A DNA stretch of 64,000 nucleotides, from NCBI GenBank assembly GCA_028711115.1, contig JAQTSV010000001.1, forward strand, positions 326,032-390,031, in the 5' to 3' direction. Below the pieces are notes generated by a model. That model was not told the DNA's origin. It ran no database searches and saw nothing but the letters and a program-made list of their open reading frames with translations. A program made the position numbers and the translations under genes. This DNA comes from Candidatus Omnitrophota bacterium (lineage in GTDB: Bacteria; Omnitrophota; Gorgyraeia; Velamenicoccales; JABMQK01). This document shows, piece by piece, positions 53,586 to 63,293 of the stretch. How positions within the stretch are numbered: the first letter of the stretch is position 1; each line of letters begins with the position of its first letter.

Positions 53586-54827
53586 ATGTATTGGTCAAAA
53601 AGTTTTATCCATACCTTAAAAGAGGCTTCGGAAGAAGCCGAGTCAACAAGCCACAGGCTGATGCTTCGCGCAGGCATGATAAAGATGTTGATTTCCGGAG
53701 TTTATTCTTATCTGCCCCTGGGATTAAAGGTGCTGGATAATATAAATAAGATTATCCGTCAGGAGATGAATGCCTTGGGTTCGCAGGAATTATTGATGCC
53801 TTCAATCCAGCCAATTGAGCTTTGGCAGATGACCAAAAGGGATGAGCTGTTAGGCGAGGTAATGATTAGATTCCAGGACAGGAGAGGCAGGAAACTGTGC
53901 CTCGGGCCCACGCATGAAGAGGTGGTTACGGATTTGGCCTCCCGCTACATTCAGTCTTATCGGGACCTGCCTTTTGTTTTATATCAGATTCAGACAAAAT
54001 TCCGTGATGAATTGAGGCCGCGTTTCGGACTTGTCAGAGCCTGTGAATTTATCATGAAAGATGCTTATAGTTTCGATAAAGATACAGAAGGCTTAGACGA
54101 AATCTATGATAAGATGTATAAGGCATACGAGAATATATTCAAAAGATGCGGGCTTGACTTTGTAAGTATTAAAGCCGATCCCGGCGTAATCGGCGGAGAT
54201 GTATCGCATGAATTCTTGGTGCCTGCGGAAAACGGCGAAGACGTCGTATACAAGTGTAATATATGCGGTAATTATTTAAGCGGCAATGATGCAGAAATAG
54301 ATGTCTGTCCGCATTGTAAAAAAGACTTAACCAAGATAAATGCCTTAGAAGTAGGCCATATTTTTAAACTGGGTACAAAATATAGCGATGTATTCGGTCT
54401 GAGATATCTGGATGAATCCGGCAAGGAAAGGCCGGTCATTATGGGTTGTTATGGTATTGGCATCAGCCGTTTAATCCCGGCGATTATCGAGCAGAATAAT
54501 GATGCCGACGGGATTATCTGGCCGAAAGAAGTAGCGCCCTATGATATTTTAGTACTTCCCGTGAATGTAACCGATAAAGACATATTCTCCGCCGCAAAAA
54601 AAGTATATGAAATTCTGGAAAAGAAGAAAATGAAGGTTATTTTAGATGACCGCGATGAAAGGGCAGGCATAAAATTTAAAGATGCAGATTTATTGGGTAT
54701 ACCTTTACGTATTACCATCGGCGAGAAATTTCTGAAGGAAAAAAAGGTGGAAATCAAATCAAGAAAGAGTAAAGAAGTTAAATTATTTAATTTAGATAAA
54801 ATAGAAGAAGCGGTTAAGGGTTTATAA
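53586..54827 (+). CDS. proS: Prolyl-tRNA synthetase, bacterial-type core with the INS editing domain replaced by a short CxxC...CxxC zinc ribbon
   Basis: 413 aa. Motifs: RLMLRAGMI, motif 2 FRDELRPRFGLVRACEFIMKDAYSF, motif 3 GCYGIGISR, and a C-terminal anticodon-binding domain. Between motifs 2 and 3 there are only ~105 aa, including YKCNICGN...VCPHCKK (nt 54255-54317). Confidence 0.85.
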   Translation: MYWSKSFIHTLKEASEEAESTSHRLMLRAGMIKMLISGVYSYLPLGLKVLDNINKIIRQEMNALGSQELLMPSIQPIELWQMTKRDELLGEVMIRFQDRRGRKLCLGPTHEEVVTDLASRYIQSYRDLPFVLYQIQTKFRDELRPRFGLVRACEFIMKDAYSFDKDTEGLDEIYDKMYKAYENIFKRCGLDFVSIKADPGVIGGDVSHEFLVPAENGEDVVYKCNICGNYLSGNDAEIDVCPHCKKDLTKINALEVGHIFKLGTKYSDVFGLRYLDESGKERPVIMGCYGIGISRLIPAIIEQNNDADGIIWPKEVAPYDILVLPVNVTDKDIFSAAKKVYEILEKKKMKVILDDRDERAGIKFKDADLLGIPLRITIGEKFLKEKKVEIKSRKSKEVKLFNLDKIEEAVKGL

Positions 54828-54836
54828 TTTAAGAAT

Positions 54837-55301
54837 ATGCCAGGCAGAGATACTTTAAATTTAATCGAGGAAAATGTGAAAAATATTTTGAGCCCTTTGG
54901 GATTTGAACTTGTGGAATTAAAAAGCATGAAATCCGACAGGGGCTTAGTATTGAGATTATTGATAGACAGGACAGAAGGAGGAATTACCCTAGGGGAGTG
55001 CTCGCAGCTGAATAGGCAGATTGGCCAGGTTATAGACGAGAAGAATCTACTCAGCGATAGATATATCCTCGAGGTTTCTTCTCCTGGTTTGGACAGGCCT
55101 TTGGTTGAGCCCAGGGATTTCAGGCGCAATTTAGACAAAATAATCCATATATTCTTAAGAGAAGCAAAGAATGGTAAATTAGAATTAGAAGGTAAGCTCA
55201 TTAAATTAGATACAGAAGGGATATCTATAGTTGATGATAAAAATCAGGAGCAATCAGTTTATTTTAAGGAAATAGTCAAAGCAAAAAAGGTGATATTATG
55301 A
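54837..55301 (+). CDS. rimP: Ribosome maturation factor RimP
   Basis: 154 aa. LEVSSPGLDRPL motif. Located immediately upstream of nusA-infB. Confidence 0.9.
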   Translation: MPGRDTLNLIEENVKNILSPLGFELVELKSMKSDRGLVLRLLIDRTEGGITLGECSQLNRQIGQVIDEKNLLSDRYILEVSSPGLDRPLVEPRDFRRNLDKIIHIFLREAKNGKLELEGKLIKLDTEGISIVDDKNQEQSVYFKEIVKAKKVIL

Positions 55302-56449
55302 GTAGTGAATTATTAGCCATATTAGAGCATTTAGAGAGAGAAAAGGGCGTAGATAAAGAGATTCTCTTGGCGGCCGTGGAGAGTGCAATGGTCAGCGCGG
55401 TAAAAAAGGCCATAGGAGCCAAGGACGCGCAGAATATAAAAGTAGAGATAGATCGCGAAACCGGCAAGATCAGTGCTTTTTGCGACGATAAGGAAATCAA
55501 GTCCGTGGATTTTGGCCGCATAGCTGCCCAGACCGCGAGACAGGTGATGATTCAAAAGATCAGAGAAGCCGAAAAAGATGTTATCTATCATGAATTTGTT
55601 GCCAAGGTAGGCACAATTGTCAGCGGCAGCGTCTATCGTTTTGAAAAAGGCAATATCGGCGTGGATTTGTTCGGCCGTACAGAAGGTATAATTCCGCATA
55701 AAGAACAGACGCCGGGCGAGGAATTCCGCCTGGGAGACAGAATCAGGGCCTACATCCTGGAGGTTAAAAAAGAATCCAAGGGTTCCCAGATAATTCTTTC
55801 CCGCAGGCATCCGAATTTCGTAAGGAAACTTTTCGAATTGGAAGTTCCGGAGATTTTCGAGGGGATAGTGGAGATTAAATTTATTTCCCGCGAGCCGGGA
55901 GAACGCACAAAAATTGCCGTTTGGTCAAAAGATGAAAAAGTCGATTGCGTGGGAGCCTGTGTGGGTATACGCGGCTCACGCGTAAAAAATATTGTTTCTG
56001 AATTACAGGGCGAAAAAATCGATATTATCCGCTGGAATGATAATATCCGCGAATATATTACAGCAGCATTGTCTCCGGCGAAGATAAGCGAGATAAAGCT
56101 GAATAAAGAAAGGCAGCAGGCCGAGGTTATTGTCCCGGAAGATCAGTTATCTCTGGCCATAGGAAAACACGGTCAGAATGTAAGGCTGGCTTCTAAATTG
56201 GTAGGCTGGGAACTGGATATCCGCACAAGGCCTGAATTAAAAGAAGAAGTCCAGCCCAAGGAAGAACAGAGTTTGGCCAATATCCACGGAGTAGGAGAAA
56301 AAATCTTAAGCCTATTGGTGGAATCCGGATTTTCTACTTTGGAGTCTGTGGCTAATGCAGATGTCGAAACCTTAAGCCAGATAAAAGGTATTGGTGGTAA
56401 AAAGGCGGAAAAGATTATAAAAGAAGCTAAAAATTTGTTAAAGAGATAG
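55298..56449 (+). CDS. nusA: Transcription termination/antitermination factor NusA
   Basis: 383 aa with N-terminal, S1 and two KH domains (GACVGIRGSRVKNIV, AIGKHGQNVRLASKL) and a C-terminal HhH-like tail. Confidence 0.93.
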   Translation: MSSELLAILEHLEREKGVDKEILLAAVESAMVSAVKKAIGAKDAQNIKVEIDRETGKISAFCDDKEIKSVDFGRIAAQTARQVMIQKIREAEKDVIYHEFVAKVGTIVSGSVYRFEKGNIGVDLFGRTEGIIPHKEQTPGEEFRLGDRIRAYILEVKKESKGSQIILSRRHPNFVRKLFELEVPEIFEGIVEIKFISREPGERTKIAVWSKDEKVDCVGACVGIRGSRVKNIVSELQGEKIDIIRWNDNIREYITAALSPAKISEIKLNKERQQAEVIVPEDQLSLAIGKHGQNVRLASKLVGWELDIRTRPELKEEVQPKEEQSLANIHGVGEKILSLLVESGFSTLESVANADVETLSQIKGIGGKKAEKIIKEAKNLLKR

Positions 56450-56457
56450 GAATATTG

Positions 56458-58668
56458 ATGAAAATTAAAAAGACGCAAACCAAGAAAGATAAAGAGCTGA
56501 AGGCAAAAAAGCCAGAGGTAAAACAACCGCTGCAGGCAAAGGTTCATAAGGTTTCTGCGCCTAAAAAGGCAAAGGTTGTGCCATTAAAGAAAGAAAAACC
56601 TCTTTCTCTTAAGAAAACTGTTTCCAAAAAAGTTGCTCCGGATGTAGTTAAGGAAAAAGAGGTGGTTCGTGCAACTGTGCTGCCGGAAAAAATAATAAAG
56701 AAAGAACAGGTTTTGGCTAAAGAACGCGTTACAAAAAAAGTTACCCCTGTTAAGGTTATTTCTCCGGAAAAGCCGCAGCAAAAGATAGAAACAGAAAAAC
56801 CTCCCAAGAAAACGACAGCTGTTTTATCGGAAGCCGTCAAAGAAAAACCGGTTGTTGCAGAAAAAATCAAAGAGCCTGTAGTGATTCAAGCCCCGAAACC
56901 CAAAAAAAATCTTAAGCCTTTAGAAGTGAATGCCCCTATCACCGTCAAAGATTTGGCCGTGAAGATTCAGGAGAAATCCAGCGTTCTTATAAAATATTTA
57001 ATTGAGAAACAGAAGATGTTTGTTACCATAAACCAGATTTTGAACGAGGAAATTGTTATAAAAACTCTGGAGGATTTTGGTTTTGAATATAAGAAGAGGA
57101 TGACCGATGAAGAGTCGCTTATGGAAGTACACACCTTGGATTCAGGAAAAGAGCTTTTACCGCGTCCGCCGGTGATTACGCTTATGGGCCACGTTGATCA
57201 CGGTAAAACTTCTCTGCTCGACGCCATCAGAAGATCTAATGTCGCAGAAAAAGAACACGGCGGCATCACCCAGCACATAGGTGCTTATGGTGTAGAAACA
57301 AAGAAAGGCAAAATTACTTTTTTAGACACGCCTGGCCACGAAGCCTTTACAGCCATGAGGGCAAGAGGCGCAAACATCACAGATATCGTTATTTTGGTTG
57401 TAGCCGCAGACGACGGCATCATGCCCCAGACAATTGAAGCTATTGATCATGCCCGTGCAGCAGGTGTGCCCATAGTGGTAGCCATTAACAAAATTGATAA
57501 GCAGAGCATAGATTTAGATAAAGTCAAAAGGCAGCTTTCGCAGCATGACCTTATGCCCGAAGATTGGGGCGGCAAGACCATTACCATAGGCGTTTCAGCA
57601 AAGACAGGCCAGGGCATAGACGAATTATTAGATATGATTCTGCTTGAGGCAGAGATGCTGGAGTTAAAAGCCATATACGACAAACCCGCCTCAGGAGTAG
57701 TAATAGAGGCAAAGTTAAGCAAAGGCCAGGGATTGGTTGTCACGGCCTTAGTGCAAAGTGGCAGTTTAAAAACAGGCGACAATATTATCTGCGGTTTAAA
57801 TTACGGGAAGATCCGGGCGATGATTAATAGTCTTGGTCAGCGTATAGATATAGCGACTCCCAGTATGGCTGTTGAGATACTGGGTCTTTCCGGATTGCCG
57901 GAGGCCGGTGAAAAGTTCTACGTGCTCACCGATGAGAAAAGACTGAAAGAGATCGTCGATCAGCGGCAGATGCAGGCGAGACAAGAAAGACTTACTATAG
58001 AGCCGAAACTTATAAGCCTGGAAGACCTCTATTCAAAAATCCAAAAAGGAGAGGTAAAGGAATTAAATTTAATTCTCAAAGCCGACGTCCAGGGTTCGCT
58101 GGAAGCGATAAAGGAATCTTTGGCCAAATTGATAAGCGCAGAGGTTAAATTGAATATTTTACATTCCAGCAGCGGCCCCATAAATTCCTCTGATGTGATT
58201 TTGGCTGAAGCATCCAATGCCATAATTATCGGTTTTCACGTTGAGCCTGATACCAAGGCAAAGGAATTGGCAGCAGAGAAAAAAGTAGAAATCCGCACTT
58301 ACCGGATTATATACGAGCTCATCAGCGAGATTAAGGCTGCCCTGGAAGGTTTGCTTGCGCCGAAGATTAAGAAGATTTTTATCGGCAAGGCCATAGTAAA
58401 GAAAGTATTCAATCTGTCTAAGTCAGGAATAGTTGCCGGTTGTCTTGTGCAGAAAGGCAAGATAACGCGCCAGGCCGCAGCAAGCCTTGTGCGCGACGGG
58501 CAGGTAATATTTGAAGGGAACATCTCAGCCTTAAAACGTTTCAAAGATGACGTAAGAGAAGTAGCCGAAGAGTTTGAATGCGGAATTTCTCTTTCGGGCT
58601 TTTCTGATTACAAAGAAGGCGATATAATAGAGGCATACGGCATTGAGAAAATAGCCAGGACATTGTAA
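56458..58668 (+). CDS. infB: Translation initiation factor IF-2
   Basis: Lys/Pro/Val-rich N-terminus. G-domain motifs: [26 protein letters not shown] prefer ATG 56458 over the TTG at 56455. Confidence 0.95.
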   Translation: MKIKKTQTKKDKELKAKKPEVKQPLQAKVHKVSAPKKAKVVPLKKEKPLSLKKTVSKKVAPDVVKEKEVVRATVLPEKIIKKEQVLAKERVTKKVTPVKVISPEKPQQKIETEKPPKKTTAVLSEAVKEKPVVAEKIKEPVVIQAPKPKKNLKPLEVNAPITVKDLAVKIQEKSSVLIKYLIEKQKMFVTINQILNEEIVIKTLEDFGFEYKKRMTDEESLMEVHTLDSGKELLPRPPVITLMGHVDHGKTSLLDAIRRSNVAEKEHGGITQHIGAYGVETKKGKITFLDTPGHEAFTAMRARGANITDIVILVVAADDGIMPQTIEAIDHARAAGVPIVVAINKIDKQSIDLDKVKRQLSQHDLMPEDWGGKTITIGVSAKTGQGIDELLDMILLEAEMLELKAIYDKPASGVVIEAKLSKGQGLVVTALVQSGSLKTGDNIICGLNYGKIRAMINSLGQRIDIATPSMAVEILGLSGLPEAGEKFYVLTDEKRLKEIVDQRQMQARQERLTIEPKLISLEDLYSKIQKGEVKELNLILKADVQGSLEAIKESLAKLISAEVKLNILHSSSGPINSSDVILAEASNAIIIGFHVEPDTKAKELAAEKKVEIRTYRIIYELISEIKAALEGLLAPKIKKIFIGKAIVKKVFNLSKSGIVAGCLVQKGKITRQAAASLVRDGQVIFEGNISALKRFKDDVREVAEEFECGISLSGFSDYKEGDIIEAYGIEKIARTL

Positions 58669-58689
58669 TTTATAGAGCGGAAAATTAAA

Positions 58690-59679
58690 ATGAAAAAAAC
58701 AGTTTTAAGCGGAATGCGGCCGACAGGAAAATTGCATCTCGGCCATCTTGTGGGCGCTTTAAACAATTGGCTTAAACTGCAGAAAGAATATCAGTGCTTT
58801 TTTATGGTTGCGGACTGGCATGCGCTGATGAGCGAATATAAGTCTCCTTCGGGAATCAGCAATTTTGCCGTGGATAATGTGATTGATTGGTTGAGCTGTG
58901 GCATTGATCCCGAATCCAGTGTGATTTTTGTCCAGTCGCAGGTAAAAGAACACCTGGAGCTTTATATGGTGCTTTCGTGTTTGGTGCCGCTGGGATGGCT
59001 GGAGCGCTGTCCTACTTATAAAGAACAGAAAAAGGAACTGAAAGCCAAAGATATATCTAATTATGCATTTTTAGGTTATCCTGTTTTGCAGGCAGCGGAT
59101 ATTTTGCTTTATAAGGCAGACTGCGTTCCTGTTGGCGAAGATCAATTGCCGCATTTGGAGATATGCAGGGAAATCGTGCGCAGGTTTAAAAGTTTATATA
59201 AAAAAGATGTATTCGTTGAACCTCAGGCTCTTCTCACAAAAGTCCCCAGGCTTTTGGGGATTGACGGCCGCAAGATGAGCAAGAGTTATGATAATACAAT
59301 TGCCCTGTCTGATTCTCCAGAGATGATTACGAAAAAAGTATCCAGCATGTTTACAGACCCCAAGAGGATAAAGAGGACGGACGTAGGCCATCCCAAACAG
59401 TGCAATGTCTATAATTATTATGAAGTATTTAAGCCCGAATTAAAAGATGAAGTATACAATTGGTGCACCAAGGCAGAACTGGGCTGCACAGAGTGTAAAC
59501 AAAAACTGGCCGGCATATTAATAGAACAACTCAGCCCGATTCAACAGAAGCGCGCACATTTTGAATCGCACAAAGATTTGGTAACGGATATTCTGCGCGA
59601 CGGGCAAAAACAGGCAGCTGAATTTGCCGCAAACACAATGAAGGAAGTAAAAGAGGCGTTAGGCAATGGGCTATTATAA
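58690..59679 (+). CDS. trpS: Tryptophanyl-tRNA synthetase
   Basis: 329 aa. Motifs: SGMRPTGKLHLGHLVG (HIGH region), GEDQLPH, KMSKS. Confidence 0.93.
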   Translation: MKKTVLSGMRPTGKLHLGHLVGALNNWLKLQKEYQCFFMVADWHALMSEYKSPSGISNFAVDNVIDWLSCGIDPESSVIFVQSQVKEHLELYMVLSCLVPLGWLERCPTYKEQKKELKAKDISNYAFLGYPVLQAADILLYKADCVPVGEDQLPHLEICREIVRRFKSLYKKDVFVEPQALLTKVPRLLGIDGRKMSKSYDNTIALSDSPEMITKKVSSMFTDPKRIKRTDVGHPKQCNVYNYYEVFKPELKDEVYNWCTKAELGCTECKQKLAGILIEQLSPIQQKRAHFESHKDLVTDILRDGQKQAAEFAANTMKEVKEALGNGLL

Positions 59680-60463
59680 AGTAAAACTCGATGTATTCGA
59701 AGGGCCTTTGGATTTACTTTTATATTTGATTAAGAAGAATGAAGTCAATATCTATGATATACCAATTTCTAAGATATTGGCCCAATACCTGGAATATTTG
59801 GAACTTATGAAGATGCTCGATTTGAATGTCGCCGGCGAATTTATTGTAGTGGCAGCAACTTTAATGCATATAAAGTCCAAGATGTTGTTGCCGCCCGACG
59901 AGAAACCGCTCGAGGAAGAACTGATAGAAGAGGATCCCCGCGCCGAGTTGGTAAAGAGGTTATTGGAATACAAGCGGTTTAAAGAGGCGGCGATGTTATT
60001 GCGCGAGAAAGAAGAATACCGCAGGGAACATTTTGTGCGCCTGCAAAAAGAAGTGACAGCTGAGGATGGTGTTTATTTTGAGGCAAATCTTTTCGACTTG
60101 ATCAGCGCATTTACCAAGGCATTAAAAGATGTCCCCAAGGAATTGTTCTTCGAGGTTATAAAGGATGAATTCACGGTAGAAAAGAAGGTGCACGATATTT
60201 TGCACTATTTGGTGAGCGAATCAAAGATTTTCCTGTTCGATTTATTCAGCCGTGCAAAAAATAAGATAGAAATAATCGCTATATTCTTGTCCGTGTTAGA
60301 ATTGATACGCCTGAAAGAAATCATTATCGTCCAGAAAGATATTTTTTCCGATATACTGATTATGCGCAATAAAGACAATATAAAAGCCAACGTAAGCGAA
60401 CCGGCCCAGCCTCAAAGTCAGACTCAAGCAGCGGATTCCAAGGTTAGAACACCGACAGAATAA
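59666..60463 (+). CDS. scpA: Segregation and condensation protein A (kleisin of SMC)
   Basis: 265 aa. FEGPLDLLLYLIKKNEVNIYDIPISKI is the canonical ScpA N-terminus. Confidence 0.88.
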   Translation: MGYYKVKLDVFEGPLDLLLYLIKKNEVNIYDIPISKILAQYLEYLELMKMLDLNVAGEFIVVAATLMHIKSKMLLPPDEKPLEEELIEEDPRAELVKRLLEYKRFKEAAMLLREKEEYRREHFVRLQKEVTAEDGVYFEANLFDLISAFTKALKDVPKELFFEVIKDEFTVEKKVHDILHYLVSESKIFLFDLFSRAKNKIEIIAIFLSVLELIRLKEIIIVQKDIFSDILIMRNKDNIKANVSEPAQPQSQTQAADSKVRTPTE

Positions 60464-60464
60464 T

Positions 60465-61499
60465 ATGCAAGACCAAGATAAGACCAAAAACGTTTTTATG
60501 CCTCAGGAGACAGAAGAGGACATAGTCGTTAATCTGTCTTTGCGGCCGGTGAATCTGAATGAATTTATCGGTCAGAATACATTGGTGGATAATTTAAGGG
60601 TTTCCATCAGCGCGGCAAAACAAAGAAACGAACCTTTGGAGCATATACTTTTATCCGGACCTCCGGGATTAGGCAAAACTTGCCTCGCCTCAATAATCGC
60701 CCATGAAATGGGTACGAAGATTACCGCCACCTCTGGCCCGGCAATTGAACGCGCCGGAGATTTAATCGGCATACTCACCAATTTAGAAACAGGTGATGTT
60801 TTATTTATCGACGAGATTCACCGCCTTTCCAAGGTAGTGGAGGAATTCCTCTATCCGGCTATGGAAAATTCCCAGATAGATTTTGTTATCGATAAAGGTC
60901 CTTATGCACGGACTATAAAATTCAACTTGAAACGTTTTACGCTTATCGGCGCTACCACGCGCAGCGGTCTCTTGGGTGCGCCGCTACGTTCGAGATTCGG
61001 TATCTTCCACCATTTTGATTTTTATGAGGCCGAAGATTTAATGTCTATCATAAAACGTTCATCAAAGATACTGAGTATAGATATCGACGAGGCAGGTTGC
61101 CGTGAAATAGCCAATCGCTCAAGAGGCACGCCCAGAATTGCCAACCGGCTTTTACGGCGCGTAAGAGATTACGCCCAGGTTAAAGCCAAAAATAAGATTA
61201 CACACGATATCGCAGACAAGGCCCTAAACAGCATAGGTATTGATAAGGCAGGACTGGATGCCATAGACAGAAAAATACTCGCCACAATTATAGATTCTTA
61301 TGAAGGCGGCCCTGTGGGTATAGATGCCTTGGCCGCCACGCTTAACGAAGAACCGGATACAATCGTGGATACACTTGAGCCGTATCTGCTCAAGGCCGGA
61401 TTCTTAAGACGTACCTCTCGCGGCAGAGAGGTGACAAAATTGGCCCGTGAACATCTCGGCACGCAATCTGCCCCGAAACAGAAAGAATTGTTCCGATAA
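60465..61499 (+). CDS. ruvB: Holliday junction branch migration ATPase RuvB
   Basis: 344 aa. Motifs: LRPVNLNEFIGQ, GPPGLGKTCLA, FIDEIHRL, GATTRSGLL, RGTPRIANRLLRRVRD. Confidence 0.95.
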   Translation: MQDQDKTKNVFMPQETEEDIVVNLSLRPVNLNEFIGQNTLVDNLRVSISAAKQRNEPLEHILLSGPPGLGKTCLASIIAHEMGTKITATSGPAIERAGDLIGILTNLETGDVLFIDEIHRLSKVVEEFLYPAMENSQIDFVIDKGPYARTIKFNLKRFTLIGATTRSGLLGAPLRSRFGIFHHFDFYEAEDLMSIIKRSSKILSIDIDEAGCREIANRSRGTPRIANRLLRRVRDYAQVKAKNKITHDIADKALNSIGIDKAGLDAIDRKILATIIDSYEGGPVGIDALAATLNEEPDTIVDTLEPYLLKAGFLRRTSRGREVTKLAREHLGTQSAPKQKELFR

Positions 61500-62045
61500 A
61501 TGAAGAAGCTGCTTTTGCATATCTGTTGCGCTCCTTGCGCTATCTATCCGTACGATAATTTAACGAAGGCAGGCTTTAGCGTCGAAGGATTTTTTTATAA
61601 TCCCAACATACAACCCCAAGAAGAATATTCAAAAAGAAAAAAAGCAGCCGAAAATTTAGAGAAAATATTCAATATTAAGCTATATTACGGCGATTATGAG
61701 GAGAATCGTTATCTGGATCGCATAAAATTAAGTCCGGATAAGCCATTGAGGTGTAAAAATTGTTTTAGGCTTCGTTTGGAAGAAACGCACAAATTCGCCA
61801 AGGATAAAGGATTTAAATTTTTTACCACGACTTTACTGGTAAGCCCTTATCAGGACCAGGATTTGATCAAAGAAATAGGTGAGGACGTCTCCAAAAAATC
61901 AGATACCAAGTTTTTATTTTCTGATTTTAGGTCAGGTTTTAGAGATGCTCATAATAAAGCAAAAGAATTGAATTTTTACTGCCAGAAATATTGCGGTTGT
62001 TTATCGTCGTTAAAGGAGCGCGACGTATGCCGAACATCGAAATAG
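61500..62045 (+). CDS. queH: Epoxyqueuosine reductase QueH (DUF208)
   Basis: 181 aa. LLLHICCAPCAIYP and the later C-x-x-C (RCKNCF) plus the CGC cluster are typical of QueH. Confidence 0.8.
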   Translation: MKKLLLHICCAPCAIYPYDNLTKAGFSVEGFFYNPNIQPQEEYSKRKKAAENLEKIFNIKLYYGDYEENRYLDRIKLSPDKPLRCKNCFRLRLEETHKFAKDKGFKFFTTTLLVSPYQDQDLIKEIGEDVSKKSDTKFLFSDFRSGFRDAHNKAKELNFYCQKYCGCLSSLKERDVCRTSK

Positions 62046-62248
62046 GAAAACTGCTGATAATATTAGGCGTATTCATTGTTTTTGTAGGTATTTTATTAAT
62101 TACAGTCGGCAAAATCCCGTTTTTGGGAAAATTGCCCGGAGATATACATGTGCAGAAAGAGAATTTCTCTTTTTATTTTCCCATTACTACCAGTATCATT
62201 GTAAGTATTGTGCTTTCTTTAATATTCTGGTTATTTTCCAAAAGATGA
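62027..62248 (+). CDS. DUF2905 small membrane protein
   Basis: KIPFLGKLPGDIHVQKENFSFYFPITTSIIVSIVLSLIFWLF matches the DUF2905 core. SD AAAGGAG at 62012-62018. I prefer ATG 62027 over the ORF-track start at 61991. Confidence 0.7.
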   Translation: MPNIEIGKLLIILGVFIVFVGILLITVGKIPFLGKLPGDIHVQKENFSFYFPITTSIIVSIVLSLIFWLFSKR

Positions 62249-63273
62249 AACTCTGCGAATTTGATTATGATTTACCCAAAGATTTAATCGCGCAGTTCCC
62301 TTTAGAAAAAAGGGACGCGTCGCGCTTGCTTGTTTTGGACAGAACAAATCAAAACATATTTCACAGGAATTTCTATGATGTCGCGGATTATTTTTCCAAA
62401 GGTGACACACTAGTCTTAAATAATACAAAGGTAATATTGGCAAGATTATTCGGCAACCGCAAAGAAACTGGCGGAAAGGTGGAAGTGCTTTTGCAGGAAA
62501 AAGTGGGTAAAAAACAGTTTCGCGCTCTTATAAAGCCTTTGGCGAGGCTAAAGCCCGGCGAAGAAGTCGCCATCAACAATAACGGAATAAATTTCAAGGT
62601 AGTCGATTTCAAAAAGAGGATAATCGAATTTAACAAGCAGGGAATTTTAAACAGGTTAAACGCAATAGGTCACGTGCCTTTGCCGCAATATATAAAAAGA
62701 AGCGATTCTTTGTCGGATAGGAAAACATATCAGACCGTCTATGCAAAAAAACAGGGTTCAATCGCCGCGCCCACAGCAGGGCTGCATTTTACCAGAGATC
62801 TGCTGCGAAAAATCCGCAAAAAAGGCGTAAACATTGCCTTTGTTACTTTGCACGTAGGTTACGGCACATTCGCCTCCATAAAAGAAGATGATATTTCGCG
62901 CCATAAAATGGAAGAAGAGTATTTTCAAATTCCCAAAGAAACAGTAAGTCTTATAAAAGACACAAAACGCAAATCAAAAAAAGTATTTGCGGTAGGCACA
63001 ACCACGACTAGGGCGCTTGAGTCAAGCCAGGATAAAATTTTAAGCCGTGCCGCGCCGAAAGATACCCAGGGGCGCACGGATTTATTCATCCATCCGCCGT
63101 TTAAGTTTAACGTAGTTGATTCGCTTATTACAAATTTTCATCTGCCCAAGAGCACGCTTTATTTATTGGTCTCGGCATTTGCGGGTTTGGATAATATAAA
63201 GAAGGTATACCAGGAGGCAATAGAAAACCGGTATCGTTTTTTTAGTTACGGTGATGCCACGCTCATCCTGTAA
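62245..63273 (+). CDS. queA: S-adenosylmethionine:tRNA ribosyltransferase-isomerase
   Basis: 342 aa. Motifs: FDYDLPKDLIAQFP, RDASRLLV, AAPTAGLHFT, VTLHVGYGTF, VGTTTTRALES. Confidence 0.93.
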   Translation: MKLCEFDYDLPKDLIAQFPLEKRDASRLLVLDRTNQNIFHRNFYDVADYFSKGDTLVLNNTKVILARLFGNRKETGGKVEVLLQEKVGKKQFRALIKPLARLKPGEEVAINNNGINFKVVDFKKRIIEFNKQGILNRLNAIGHVPLPQYIKRSDSLSDRKTYQTVYAKKQGSIAAPTAGLHFTRDLLRKIRKKGVNIAFVTLHVGYGTFASIKEDDISRHKMEEEYFQIPKETVSLIKDTKRKSKKVFAVGTTTTRALESSQDKILSRAAPKDTQGRTDLFIHPPFKFNVVDSLITNFHLPKSTLYLLVSAFAGLDNIKKVYQEAIENRYRFFSYGDATLIL

Positions 63274-63293
63274 AAATTAAGAGGGCTACTTAT

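Noticed and set aside
54539-55201. 220-aa minus-strand ORF spanning the proS/rimP junction. It is the longest antisense ORF in the track.
   Set aside because: It lies entirely antisense to two well-supported + strand genes. Its translation is low-complexity (S/L/F/K-rich), as expected from reading Lys/Glu-rich AT-rich coding DNA backwards, and it has no recognisable motifs or RBS.
56470-56930. Highly repetitive Lys/Pro/Val/Glu-rich region, considered as a DNA repeat element.
   Set aside because: It is the low-complexity N-terminal region typical of IF-2, continuous in frame with the G-domain. I could find no exact nucleotide repeat unit.
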